A stretch of DNA of 32,000 nucleotides from Methylocystis sp. (GCA_020252485.1 JADCCX010000041.1:9487-41486), one strand, 5' to 3'; positions 18,051 to 25,749 are shown, counted from the stretch's first letter. Translations and numbers: made by a program. Notes: a model not told the origin generated them from the letters alone.

Positions 18051-18484
18051 CAGGCGATCCCTGGCAGGCGAAAGGCGGCGCGGGTCTTCTCGATCCAGAA
18101 CCCGGTCAGGTCCTGTTCGACGACCGCGCCCGCCTCGCGGTAGCAATGCAGCAGGCGATTCCCATCGCTCAGGAACCCGCAGTGATGGGCCGGACCCTTG
18201 CCGACGCCGAACAGCAGGATGTCGCCGGGCAAAGCATCGGCGATGTCGATCTCGGCGGCATGCTCGGCCATCTCGTCGCGCAGGCGCTCTTCCGCCCGGT
18301 AAAGTGGCCAGGTCGCGGCGTAGTTCATCGGCTGGATGATCGCGCCGACGAACGGCTCGGCCGCACCGCGCACGAAGCCGATGCAGTCGCAGCCCGCGCG
18401 CTTGACTGCCGCCTGATGATGCCAGGGCGTGCCGATCCAGGTGCGCGCCTCGATCAGAAGCGCGGCCCGCGTGAACGTGCTCAT
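18050..18484 (-). CDS. NlpC/P60-family cell-wall peptidase (RcGTA g14-like)
   Basis: MSTFTRAALLIEARTWIGTPWHHQAAVKRAGCDCIGFV... contains the catalytic Cys context, followed by PGDILLF and GPAHHCG. ATG 18484 overlaps the hub gene stop (ATGA). The ORF-track start 18595 lies inside the hub gene. Confidence 0.85.
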   Translation of the reverse strand: MSTFTRAALLIEARTWIGTPWHHQAAVKRAGCDCIGFVRGAAEPFVGAIIQPMNYAATWPLYRAEERLRDEMAEHAAEIDIADALPGDILLFGVGKGPAHHCGFLSDGNRLLHCYREAGAVVEQDLTGFWIEKTRAAFRLPGIA

Positions 18485-19320
18485 GAGCGCACCGGATAGG
18501 AGAACACCTTGTCGTTCCCCGGAATGTGCGGCTCGCCCCGGAAGTTCAGGATATTGGCGAACTTGGCGTTGCAGGTCTCGGGTGTCTTGTCGCATCCGGC
18601 GGCGAGCACGATCTGGTCGCCGACCACGATGGGGCGCGGCATCGGCACGAACAGCCGGATGGTCTGGCCGTCATGCAGCAGCACCTCGTTGACCGCGCCC
18701 GCATTGGCGCCGGTCGTGAAGGTCGCCTTGCCGAAGGTGAAGAAGGCGGTCGCGCGCGCCGTGACGATCCGCACCATGTCGGCGGCGATCACCTGCGTCA
18801 CCGCGTAGGTGTCGGTGCGCGGGCCGAGCGCCACGCCGCATTCGGTCGATCCGAGATCGACGCGGCACAGGCGCGAGTAGAGCTTGCCGGCAGTCTGTGC
18901 GAGCTGGTTCGACAAGCCCCTGATCTCGGCAGAGAAGCGCTGATCGGCGCGCTTGATCTCGCCGAGAAAGCCCTTGCGCAGCAGGAGCCGCCCCTGCGCG
19001 AGATCGGCCCAGTTGACAATGAAGACCTCGATCCGCGCGCCGTCGAACAGACCGGCGATCAGGTCTTCGGCCCGGAGCGCCGCATCGTCGAGAAAGCCGT
19101 CGACATCGAGGTTGTCGACGGAGAGATCGGAAGCGGTCTTGATTGCTGAGGGCAGGAAGCCGGTCGACGCCACATAGGTCAGCCCGTCGACGACAAGCTC
19201 GCGGTCATGGTCGGTGAAGCCGCGAACCCAGCCATCGGCCCGTTCGAGCCGCCAGCAGGTCGCAAGCGTCGTCACCTCGCCGGCAAGATGCGCGGCGAGC
19301 GCGGGGGATGCTGATTTCAT
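18481..19320 (-). CDS. DUF2163 / BR0599-type tail hub protein (RcGTA g13-like)
   Basis: LATCWRLERADGWVRGFTDHDRELVVDGLTYVA near the N-terminus and CDKTPETCNAKFANILNFRGEPHIPG near the C-terminus are the hallmarks of this family. Confidence 0.85.
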   Translation of the reverse strand: MKSASPALAAHLAGEVTTLATCWRLERADGWVRGFTDHDRELVVDGLTYVASTGFLPSAIKTASDLSVDNLDVDGFLDDAALRAEDLIAGLFDGARIEVFIVNWADLAQGRLLLRKGFLGEIKRADQRFSAEIRGLSNQLAQTAGKLYSRLCRVDLGSTECGVALGPRTDTYAVTQVIAADMVRIVTARATAFFTFGKATFTTGANAGAVNEVLLHDGQTIRLFVPMPRPIVVGDQIVLAAGCDKTPETCNAKFANILNFRGEPHIPGNDKVFSYPVRS

Positions 19321-19604
19321 GAATCGGTTTCTTGTGGATGTCGGGTCGTGCGGGGGATAGGTACGGGTCTCAGCGCTCAGAGGGGTCGCAATGCGCCCAT
19401 AGCTGTCGTTAAAGTGCGCTTCGACTGTTTGCTGAACCGGACGTCGGAAAGCAGCCGCCTACTGGATCGGCCATTTACCTTTCTGCTTAAGAGGTACGAC
19501 AACGGTGGGCACAGCGCCTCCTGCTCATCGTTCTTGAACCGACAACAGCCGGAACCTTAACCAAGGCCGCCTCCAGCCTTTCAAAGGCCAATGGAATTGC
19601 AAGC

Positions 19605-19632
19605 TTGTCAAGCCAAGCAAACCGCGTAAACT
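19605..19632 (+). promoter_or_regulatory. Candidate sigma70-type promoter TTGTCA-N16-TAAACT for the 82-aa ORF
   Basis: Read directly. The -10 element ends 24 nt upstream of ATG 19657. Pattern match only. Confidence 0.3.
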
Positions 19633-19656
19633 GCCAACTCTCTGGGGGTTGAGACT

Positions 19657-19905
19657 ATGCTGCGGATCAGAGTCGAAGGTGACAACGAACTTCGGGAGGG
19701 CATTCGCCATCTAGCAAACAGCGCGGGCGATGATACCATAATAAGTGATGAGCGTGGTGCCACCGGCGTAGAGATACTTCAACTCGTCCTTCTGTACGGC
19801 CCTCCAGCCGTTGCACTCTTGAAGCAGATCATCGAACTGATCGAAGCTGGAAATAACGTTCGAAAGAAATGGAAAGTATCAATTGAGGGAGATGGGGCTT
19901 CCTGA
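19657..19905 (+). CDS. 82-aa hypothetical protein in the cargo island (possible EACC1-like small component)
   Basis: ATG with GGGGG 8 nt upstream; plus strand, opposite to the phage operon. The sequence MLRIRVEGDNELREGIRHL...GATGVEILQLVLLYGPPAVALLKQIIELIEAG...KWKVSIEGDG has no TM or HTH that I can assign. Confidence 0.5.
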   Translation: MLRIRVEGDNELREGIRHLANSAGDDTIISDERGATGVEILQLVLLYGPPAVALLKQIIELIEAGNNVRKKWKVSIEGDGAS

Positions 19906-20051
19906 CAGCATCGCTTGAATTTCGTTGTAAGATTGCAGTCTCAGTTTAACGGTATTTCCCTAGCTCAGTAGTACTAAGCGGCACATCCGCTCGGTTGTCT
20001 TCGGGCTCAAGCGCCAGCATCGAACCACCAGTTTGGAACCGAAATCTGGAG

Positions 20052-21461
20052 TTAGCGCCCCTGTTGTGTCACGAGGCAGGCGACAGTTTTCGTCAAGGGG
20101 TTGAGTGCCGTGATGACGTCGTTCGCTATCCGGACAATATCGTTCGAGCCTGTTGGAATTGGCCTGAGTCGCCAGTAGTCCAACCAAGACTGCAGTCGGA
20201 GGTTTTGCTCAGATGAACCTCCGACGTTCTCGGCAACGGAGAGCACGAAAGCAATTGCCCAGGCGGTGCCGACCACGGTGAAAGCTGGTGGTACTTCGAA
20301 TTTATGCATCTGAAAGAGGCAATTTTCTAGCCCAACCATATCGCAGAATACTTCTTCTCGAAGTCCCTCTGCTGCAGTCTGTGGCAAAGCTTGGTGGACA
20401 AGCGACAAAATATCTTTAACCCAGTTGCATGATTGGTCTTTGATTGCATAGTGCCCGAATTCGTGACCCATAAGGAAGTGAAACGCCACAGACTCACAGT
20501 AGCTAAACATCCATTTCTCTTCAGAGATGGCTACACGTTCCGTTCGATCAGCTATCAGCCGATCCAACACTTCAGTTGCAGCGGATGGCCCGAAAACATC
20601 TCTAAGTTCCCTCGCACATCGCCGAAACATGCCTCGGGCGCCAGCGATTTCCCCCGATAAGCGAGGCGGCAAGTTACTCGACAATGTGTTGGAAGCGTCT
20701 TGCTCTTTGTCTAACCAGTCGATTAGTGCTTGCGTTGGCTCCAATCCAGAGGCAATCAGATGGTACAAAGAAAGCGATATCTCCTGAACGAGCATTCGGT
20801 CTATACAGAAAAAACATACTAAGTTCCCTTTGTACGGCTTGCCGTACCAATCAGTCATTTTGTCCTTTTTGCTCAGACGCAAGCATGCGGTGTAAAAGTC
20901 CGTGCCCTCAACCAACAAACCTTGATAGGATGTCAAGTTAAATAGGTTTAGAGCCGACCTCCAACAGTCAAATTCATGAAAGAATTCACCATATAAACTA
21001 GATGCTGCCAAGGGAGTAAAAACTTTCTTGTCAGGAAGTAATTTCTTTACGATTTCTTCTATCCAAGGTTGACCAAAGTCACCAAATGACATTTTTACCG
21101 GCATCCCTGTGTTTCGATCTAATCGGGTTAAAATAGTATTCGGTCTCAACAAGCGAATTATCTGTAGAAGTTTCATTTGCAGATCGTCGTCGCTCATGGC
21201 GCGCCCCATGCTAACCTGTCGAGCTACACTCTCTGCTGCTTCGGATATCAGTGCAAGCTTTTCGTTTAGGATCGTGGCCACCTTGCCGCGAGTACGAGCG
21301 ATGCTGCGTGCGGCCTCGGGCGAAGTGTCGTGTCCAGCGCGATGTCCGAATTGGATTGAAGATGGTAGGAGTGCCAACTGCCGATCCTCGCGTGAACTCC
21401 TCGAGGCGATCTTTCCGCTGGCGGCCAATACCGCAACGCGGATCGCTCCACTTCCGGACAA
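20052..21461 (-). CDS. Orphan HEXXH (ImmA/IrrE M78-like signature) protein with a large unknown N-terminal region
   Basis: HEFGH at 20451-20465 (AFHFLMGHEFGHYAI), then EEVFCD about 32 residues later. AT-rich codon usage. The start is uncertain: TTG 21461 (GGGAGGA 5 nt upstream) is chosen here, with GTG 21476, TTG 21428 and ATG 21209 as alternatives. The ORF-track start 21815 lies inside the distal tail gene. Confidence 0.7.
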   Translation of the reverse strand: MSGSGAIRVAVLAASGKIASRSSREDRQLALLPSSIQFGHRAGHDTSPEAARSIARTRGKVATILNEKLALISEAAESVARQVSMGRAMSDDDLQMKLLQIIRLLRPNTILTRLDRNTGMPVKMSFGDFGQPWIEEIVKKLLPDKKVFTPLAASSLYGEFFHEFDCWRSALNLFNLTSYQGLLVEGTDFYTACLRLSKKDKMTDWYGKPYKGNLVCFFCIDRMLVQEISLSLYHLIASGLEPTQALIDWLDKEQDASNTLSSNLPPRLSGEIAGARGMFRRCARELRDVFGPSAATEVLDRLIADRTERVAISEEKWMFSYCESVAFHFLMGHEFGHYAIKDQSCNWVKDILSLVHQALPQTAAEGLREEVFCDMVGLENCLFQMHKFEVPPAFTVVGTAWAIAFVLSVAENVGGSSEQNLRLQSWLDYWRLRPIPTGSNDIVRIANDVITALNPLTKTVACLVTQQGR

Positions 21462-21472
21462 CAAATCCTCCC

Positions 21473-22054
21473 TCACGCCCTGATCTCGACCAGCGGGATC
21501 GACTGGACGTTCTGCAGGTTGTAGGCGCGTGAGATCACTTGAAGGTGGTCGGTGTCGAAGCGCACCGGCACGTCGAAGCGGAAGGTCGCGACGGGCGTCG
21601 CCGCCGGAGCCGCACCGAATGTGAGCCGCCCGGTCGCGTGATCGATGGTCGGCGTGACGACGTTCCCGTTGACGCGCACGACCACCGAGCCGACGACCGG
21701 GCGGGTGATGGTACGGATTTCGACGACGGGACCGGACGGATAGCGCTTCACCAACTGGAACACCGTCGCGCTCACCCCCTGGCATTGCTGGTCGGTGGCT
21801 TCGAAGTCGCCCCAATCCCTGAAGCGGAAGCCAAAGGCGCGGCCCTTGCGGGCGCGGAAGAAGGCAATCACCTCGGCCATCTGCTCGCGCGTGCGGATGC
21901 CGGTCGAGATGTCATACTTTGCGCGCGAGGCCGCCCAGTTCTGGTTGCGTTGCTCGAAGCCGGACGCGACCATCACCACGTCGGTCGAGTATTCCGGACC
22001 GCCCGTCGCTCCGCGCGCGATGGCGTCCGGGAATGACACATCATGGAAGCTCAC
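21473..22054 (-). CDS. DUF2460-type distal tail protein (RcGTA g12-like)
   Basis: MSFHDVSFPDAIARGATGGPEYSTDVV...SGFEQRNQNW...RFDTD matches the TIGR02217/DUF2460 pattern. The GTG start overlaps the tape measure stop (GTGA at 22051-22054). Confidence 0.85.
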   Translation of the reverse strand: MSFHDVSFPDAIARGATGGPEYSTDVVMVASGFEQRNQNWAASRAKYDISTGIRTREQMAEVIAFFRARKGRAFGFRFRDWGDFEATDQQCQGVSATVFQLVKRYPSGPVVEIRTITRPVVGSVVVRVNGNVVTPTIDHATGRLTFGAAPAATPVATFRFDVPVRFDTDHLQVISRAYNLQNVQSIPLVEIRA

Positions 22055-25000
22055 AGGTTGCGCCTCGCTCGTTCAAGCGCCGATGCCATCTCGGCGGTGA
22101 TCTGTCCCTGCGCGCGGCGGAACGAGCCAGCATCCGGCGTTGTGATGTTGAAGGTCACCACCATCGGCACGGCCTGATCGCCCCGCTGGTCGTACGCGGC
22201 GGTTTCCTTACGGTTCAGCACCCGCTCGCCGGTTTGCAGGATGGCCGGGACCTCGCCCGGCCGGATGTAACCGCCGCCATGAAGGCGCGGCGCGCCTGCG
22301 AACAGCATCGCGGGGATGTGCCGTCCGGGTCCGCCCGCACCGACCAGCCCGCCCTCGTGGAATAGTCCGGCGAAGATCTTGCCGAGTTCGCCGAAGATGC
22401 CGCCACCGGTCGCCAGCGTCGGCGCGTTGCCGCCGAACAGGAAGTTCTTGAGCGGGTTCATCACGGCGAGCTTGATCAGCTCGTTCATGATGTCGTTGAT
22501 CGCCGCCTGGCCAGCGTCTGCCCACGATTTCCAGTCGGTCTTGCCTTGCGCCAGGAGCGTGCCGAAGCGGTCCAGCGCGTTGCCGATCGCGCCCTGAAAG
22601 GCCCGCTGGGTCCCTTCCTGCCGCTGCAGCTCTGTCGTGAGCTGCTGCACCCGGACGGCGTTGGCGACGATCGCCCGGCCTTCCTCGCTGGCGAGGTCGA
22701 TGCCGCGTCGCCGCAGATCCTGTTCGGCCCGGATGGTGGCCAACACCGTCTCGCGCTGCTGCGTGGATGCGCCGATCAGGCCGATCTGGGTTTCGATCAG
22801 GGCGATCTCGGCGCGCTGATCCTGCAAGGCGACTTGCGCCTCCGCTTGGCGTTCAAGCGCGAACTGGCGCCTTGCTGCGGCAAGCGCGGCCTGTCCCTCG
22901 GCTCCAGCCGGATCGATTCCTTGCCGTCGGAGCTGCTGCTCGGCGCGGATCATGGCGATCGCTTCCGAGCGGGCCGAGGCTCCCTGCTTCAGGAGCTCGA
23001 CCTCGCGGGCAAGACCGGTGTTCTGCTGCTCGTAGTCGAAGGCCGCCTCGCGACCCGTCGTCTGCCGCCCAAGCTGGTTGAGCCGCCGGATCTGATCGCG
23101 GGAATAGCTGGCCTCGGGATCGTTCGGATCGATCCCGAGCCGCCTCAGTTCCTGCTCAAAACGCAGCTGATCGACGCCCTCGCGGCGTGCGGCAGGGCCG
23201 CGCCTGACCAGCGACAGTTCCCGCTCACGCAGCGCGATCTCGTCGCGGCGTCGCTCGATGCCCTGAAGCAGGTCCGTGCGGTTCTGCTCGCGGTGAAGCT
23301 GCTCATAGGCTTCACGCGTGCGGTCGATGATGCGGCCGAGCTTCTCCTTGGCCTCGCCTTCGGCCAGCGTCTGCGCCGTGACCAGCGGGCGCAGCGCCTG
23401 CTCGACCTGCATGATCTGCTGGGCGCGCTGGGACGACAGCGCGCCCGAGGAAATCGCCTCGTTCAGACGGCGCTGACCGTCTATCTGACGGCCCAGTTCC
23501 GACACTTGCCGGGCGGCCTCGACCGCCTGTTCGGCGATCCGTTCCCTTAAAGCCTGCCGCGCGCGGGTCTCCGCGTTGACACCTTCGCGGGCCTGATCGA
23601 CGAGCCCCTGGCGGCGTGCTTCCGCGCGTGCGGCGGCCTCAGTGCTTTCGAGATAGGCCTCGGCCAGCGAAAGCGTCGCGCGGATCGAGATGTCCGTGGC
23701 GGAGGTCTGCTCCACCACGGCCTGCGTCGCCGCATCCACCGAGGGGCGATACCGGGCGAGTTCGGTGATGACACGCCGGTAGGCCGCTTCGACCTCCGCC
23801 ACGTCCGCCAGTTTCGAGCGGACCAGCGGATCGGCAAGCGCGGCGCGGAGTACGCCTTCCTGCGTCCGCAGCCGCTCGATCTCGCGCGCGCCGGGGTTGG
23901 TGTCGCGGGCGATGTCGCCGGCCCGCACTGACTGCTCGTTGGCGCGGGCCTCCTCTGCGATCCGCCGCGCGCGCTCCTGCTGGTCGTTCAGTTGCCGTTC
24001 GAGTTCGGCGATGCGCCGCTCGACCTGAGGCAGCATCAGCGGCACGACATTGCCGCGCACGTTCGCCCTGAGGCGCTCCTGCTGCCAGCGCAGCAGCTCC
24101 AGCTCTTCCGTCGGCGTGCGGCCATCCACCGCCCGGTCGACGGCCTTGCCGAGCGCGTCGAAGGCGTTCGAGGCCGAGCGCCCGACGAACTGCCAGGCCC
24201 GGCCGAGCGCATTGACCGCCTGTTCGGCGTCGGCCAGCGAGGGCGCGAGCGCATTCAGGATGACGCGCTGCGCCTCCGCCCGGTTGTTCTGGTCGACCAG
24301 CGTGCGGACATAGACGCGGGTGCGATCGTCCAGGAACCGGATGCGATCGTTGAGTTCATCCGCGCCGCGAAGTGGATCGGCCAGCGCGCGGGCGAGTTCC
24401 TCTGCGCCTTGCTTCGTGTCGACGCCGAGCGTGACGCCAAGATTGCGCGAGACCGCAATGGCGCGGCCAATCTCCTCCGCGCCGATCTTGCCGGTGCGCA
24501 GGAATGCGACCTGCATCTCGCGAGCCGACGAGACCGAGACCTTGCCGGCATCGGCGGAGGATTGCGCGACCTGTTCCAGCTGCGCCGCGGTCGTGCCGGA
24601 CGCGCGGCCAACGCCTGCGAGCGCCGTGGCGACCGCCCGCGTCGAGGCGTCATTGGCGAACCACGCCGCCGTGAGCACGGCAACCGATACGGCGACGCCC
24701 GCGATGACGCCGCCGAAAACGCCGATGGCGGAGCCGAGCGTCATGATCGTGCCGCGCAAGCCGCCAAAGGCCTGCGTCACCTGTCCGCCCTGCTGCATCA
24801 GGATGGTCATCGGCGACATGCCGGTGGACATCGACGCGATCACGTCGTTCACCGTGTACTGAAGCGTCATGACCTGCTGGGTCGTGAGCTTCGAGTTGGC
24901 GCCGACGCCCTTGATCGCCTGCGCGGTCTGATCGAACCGCGACTTCGCCAGCGCGTTCGCCGCCGCCTGCTCGGCGGTGGTGATCGCGCCCCGGCTGGCG

Positions 25001-25407
25001 AGCGCGGCATGCTCGGCAAGTTCGGCATTGAGCCGGTCCTGCGCTGCCGCCAGCGGATCGATGGCAGCGCGCAAGGCTTTCGCGCGAGCCTCGTAGCGTT
25101 CGGCTTCCCTCGCGGCCTGTTCGAAGACTTCTGCCGAAGCGCGCGCCGAACCCGCCGTCTGGCGATCAACCCCCAGAACCTGATTGAACCGCCCCTGCGC
25201 GGCATCGGCCTGCGCCGCCATGCGGGCGGCTTCCGCCAGACGCTTGAACCGGGCGGTTTCCCGATCGGTTGCGGCTCCCGTCTTCTCAAGCGCCCGGTCG
25301 ACCTGCCCGAAGGCCTGCGTGCCCGCCTGACCCACCTCTTCGAAGGCGCGCTTGACCTCCGCCTTGCCTTCGACGCCGAGGCGGATCGAGACTTGGGTGG
25401 TGGACAT
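22051..25407 (-). CDS. Tail tape measure protein
   Basis: 1118 aa, Ala/Arg/Glu/Gln-rich and predicted helical, with a central hydrophobic Gly-rich segment (GSAIGVFGGVIAGVAVSVAVLTAAWF). Located after the chaperone pair and before the distal tail gene. At about 0.15 nm per residue this implies a tail of roughly 170 nm (inference). Confidence 0.9.
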   Translation of the reverse strand: MSTTQVSIRLGVEGKAEVKRAFEEVGQAGTQAFGQVDRALEKTGAATDRETARFKRLAEAARMAAQADAAQGRFNQVLGVDRQTAGSARASAEVFEQAAREAERYEARAKALRAAIDPLAAAQDRLNAELAEHAALASRGAITTAEQAAANALAKSRFDQTAQAIKGVGANSKLTTQQVMTLQYTVNDVIASMSTGMSPMTILMQQGGQVTQAFGGLRGTIMTLGSAIGVFGGVIAGVAVSVAVLTAAWFANDASTRAVATALAGVGRASGTTAAQLEQVAQSSADAGKVSVSSAREMQVAFLRTGKIGAEEIGRAIAVSRNLGVTLGVDTKQGAEELARALADPLRGADELNDRIRFLDDRTRVYVRTLVDQNNRAEAQRVILNALAPSLADAEQAVNALGRAWQFVGRSASNAFDALGKAVDRAVDGRTPTEELELLRWQQERLRANVRGNVVPLMLPQVERRIAELERQLNDQQERARRIAEEARANEQSVRAGDIARDTNPGAREIERLRTQEGVLRAALADPLVRSKLADVAEVEAAYRRVITELARYRPSVDAATQAVVEQTSATDISIRATLSLAEAYLESTEAAARAEARRQGLVDQAREGVNAETRARQALRERIAEQAVEAARQVSELGRQIDGQRRLNEAISSGALSSQRAQQIMQVEQALRPLVTAQTLAEGEAKEKLGRIIDRTREAYEQLHREQNRTDLLQGIERRRDEIALRERELSLVRRGPAARREGVDQLRFEQELRRLGIDPNDPEASYSRDQIRRLNQLGRQTTGREAAFDYEQQNTGLAREVELLKQGASARSEAIAMIRAEQQLRRQGIDPAGAEGQAALAAARRQFALERQAEAQVALQDQRAEIALIETQIGLIGASTQQRETVLATIRAEQDLRRRGIDLASEEGRAIVANAVRVQQLTTELQRQEGTQRAFQGAIGNALDRFGTLLAQGKTDWKSWADAGQAAINDIMNELIKLAVMNPLKNFLFGGNAPTLATGGGIFGELGKIFAGLFHEGGLVGAGGPGRHIPAMLFAGAPRLHGGGYIRPGEVPAILQTGERVLNRKETAAYDQRGDQAVPMVVTFNITTPDAGSFRRAQGQITAEMASALERARRNL

Positions 25408-25419
25408 GGACGGGCTGGC

Positions 25420-25749
25420 TCAATTGCGGTTGGTACGGCTGGCGTCGCGGCCATAGGCGGCCACGATGATTGGCTCGATCTCGGGAAGGATGTCGGCGAG
25501 GAGCGGCGAGGACGCATCCATGGCCTGAGCCAGGGCGAGGACCGCGCCGAAGTCGATGGCGTAGACGCCACCCATCACGGCGCGAACCTGTCCCGCGCAG
25601 CGGCGAATGACTTCCCAAGCGAGAAGCCCCTCAGCAGTCTCGGGCGCGTGCTCGATGTAGGCGCAAGCCCCACACCGCGATGGACAGGCGGCGCAGTAGC
25701 CCTCGCCGCCGTCGAAGTGCCAGCGCGCGAGGGCGATCAGACGTTTTTT
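25420..25749 (-). CDS. -1 frame extension of the tail assembly chaperone (gpGT-like frameshift product)
   Basis: My hand translation of the -1 frame from 25743 gives 107 codons with no stop: RLIALARWHFDGGEGYCAACPSRCGACAYIEHAPETAEGLLAWEVIRRCAGQVRAVMGGVYAIDFGAVLALAQAMDASSPLLADILPEIEPIIVAAYGRDASRTNRN*. The stop (25420-25422) lies 12 nt before the tape measure ATG. No long ATG-initiated ORF exists in this frame. Confidence 0.65.
   Translation of the reverse strand, partial: KKRLIALARWHFDGGEGYCAACPSRCGACAYIEHAPETAEGLLAWEVIRRCAGQVRAVMGGVYAIDFGAVLALAQAMDASSPLLADILPEIEPIIVAAYGRDASRTNRN

Larger units (their letters stand above)
19321..21472. other. Low-GC cargo island inserted between the distal-tail and hub genes
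   Basis: 2,152 nt separate two genes that are normally adjacent. Hand count: 21/60 G+C in 20941-21000 versus 42/60 in 22081-22140. It contains two convergent non-structural ORFs and 336 nt of non-coding DNA. Confidence 0.7.

Noticed and set aside
19951-20040. tRNA-like D-arm motif (TAGCTCAGTAGTACTAAGCG) and an ATCGAACC T-loop-like motif between the two convergent island genes. Considered as a tRNA or a tRNA fragment marking an integration site.
   Set aside because: I could not build a cloverleaf. No 3' complement to the putative acceptor 5' arm (ATTTCCC), no pairing anticodon stem, the conserved GG of the D-loop is absent, and the T-stem arms do not pair. At most it is a degraded remnant.
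21477-21815. N-terminal ~113 codons of the 587-aa ORF 20052-21815.
   Set aside because: This part lies entirely inside the well-supported DUF2460 distal tail gene in another frame. It is Arg/Pro/Gly-rich in the manner of high-GC out-of-frame artefacts. Realistic starts lie at or after 21476.
24867-25618. ORFs 24867-25571 and 25286-25618 as candidate genes filling the gap between the chaperone and the tape measure.
   Set aside because: Both are in the wrong frames for a -1 shift, overlap the tape measure start, and have Arg/Pro-rich junk composition. The open -1 frame (25743-25420) explains the gap.
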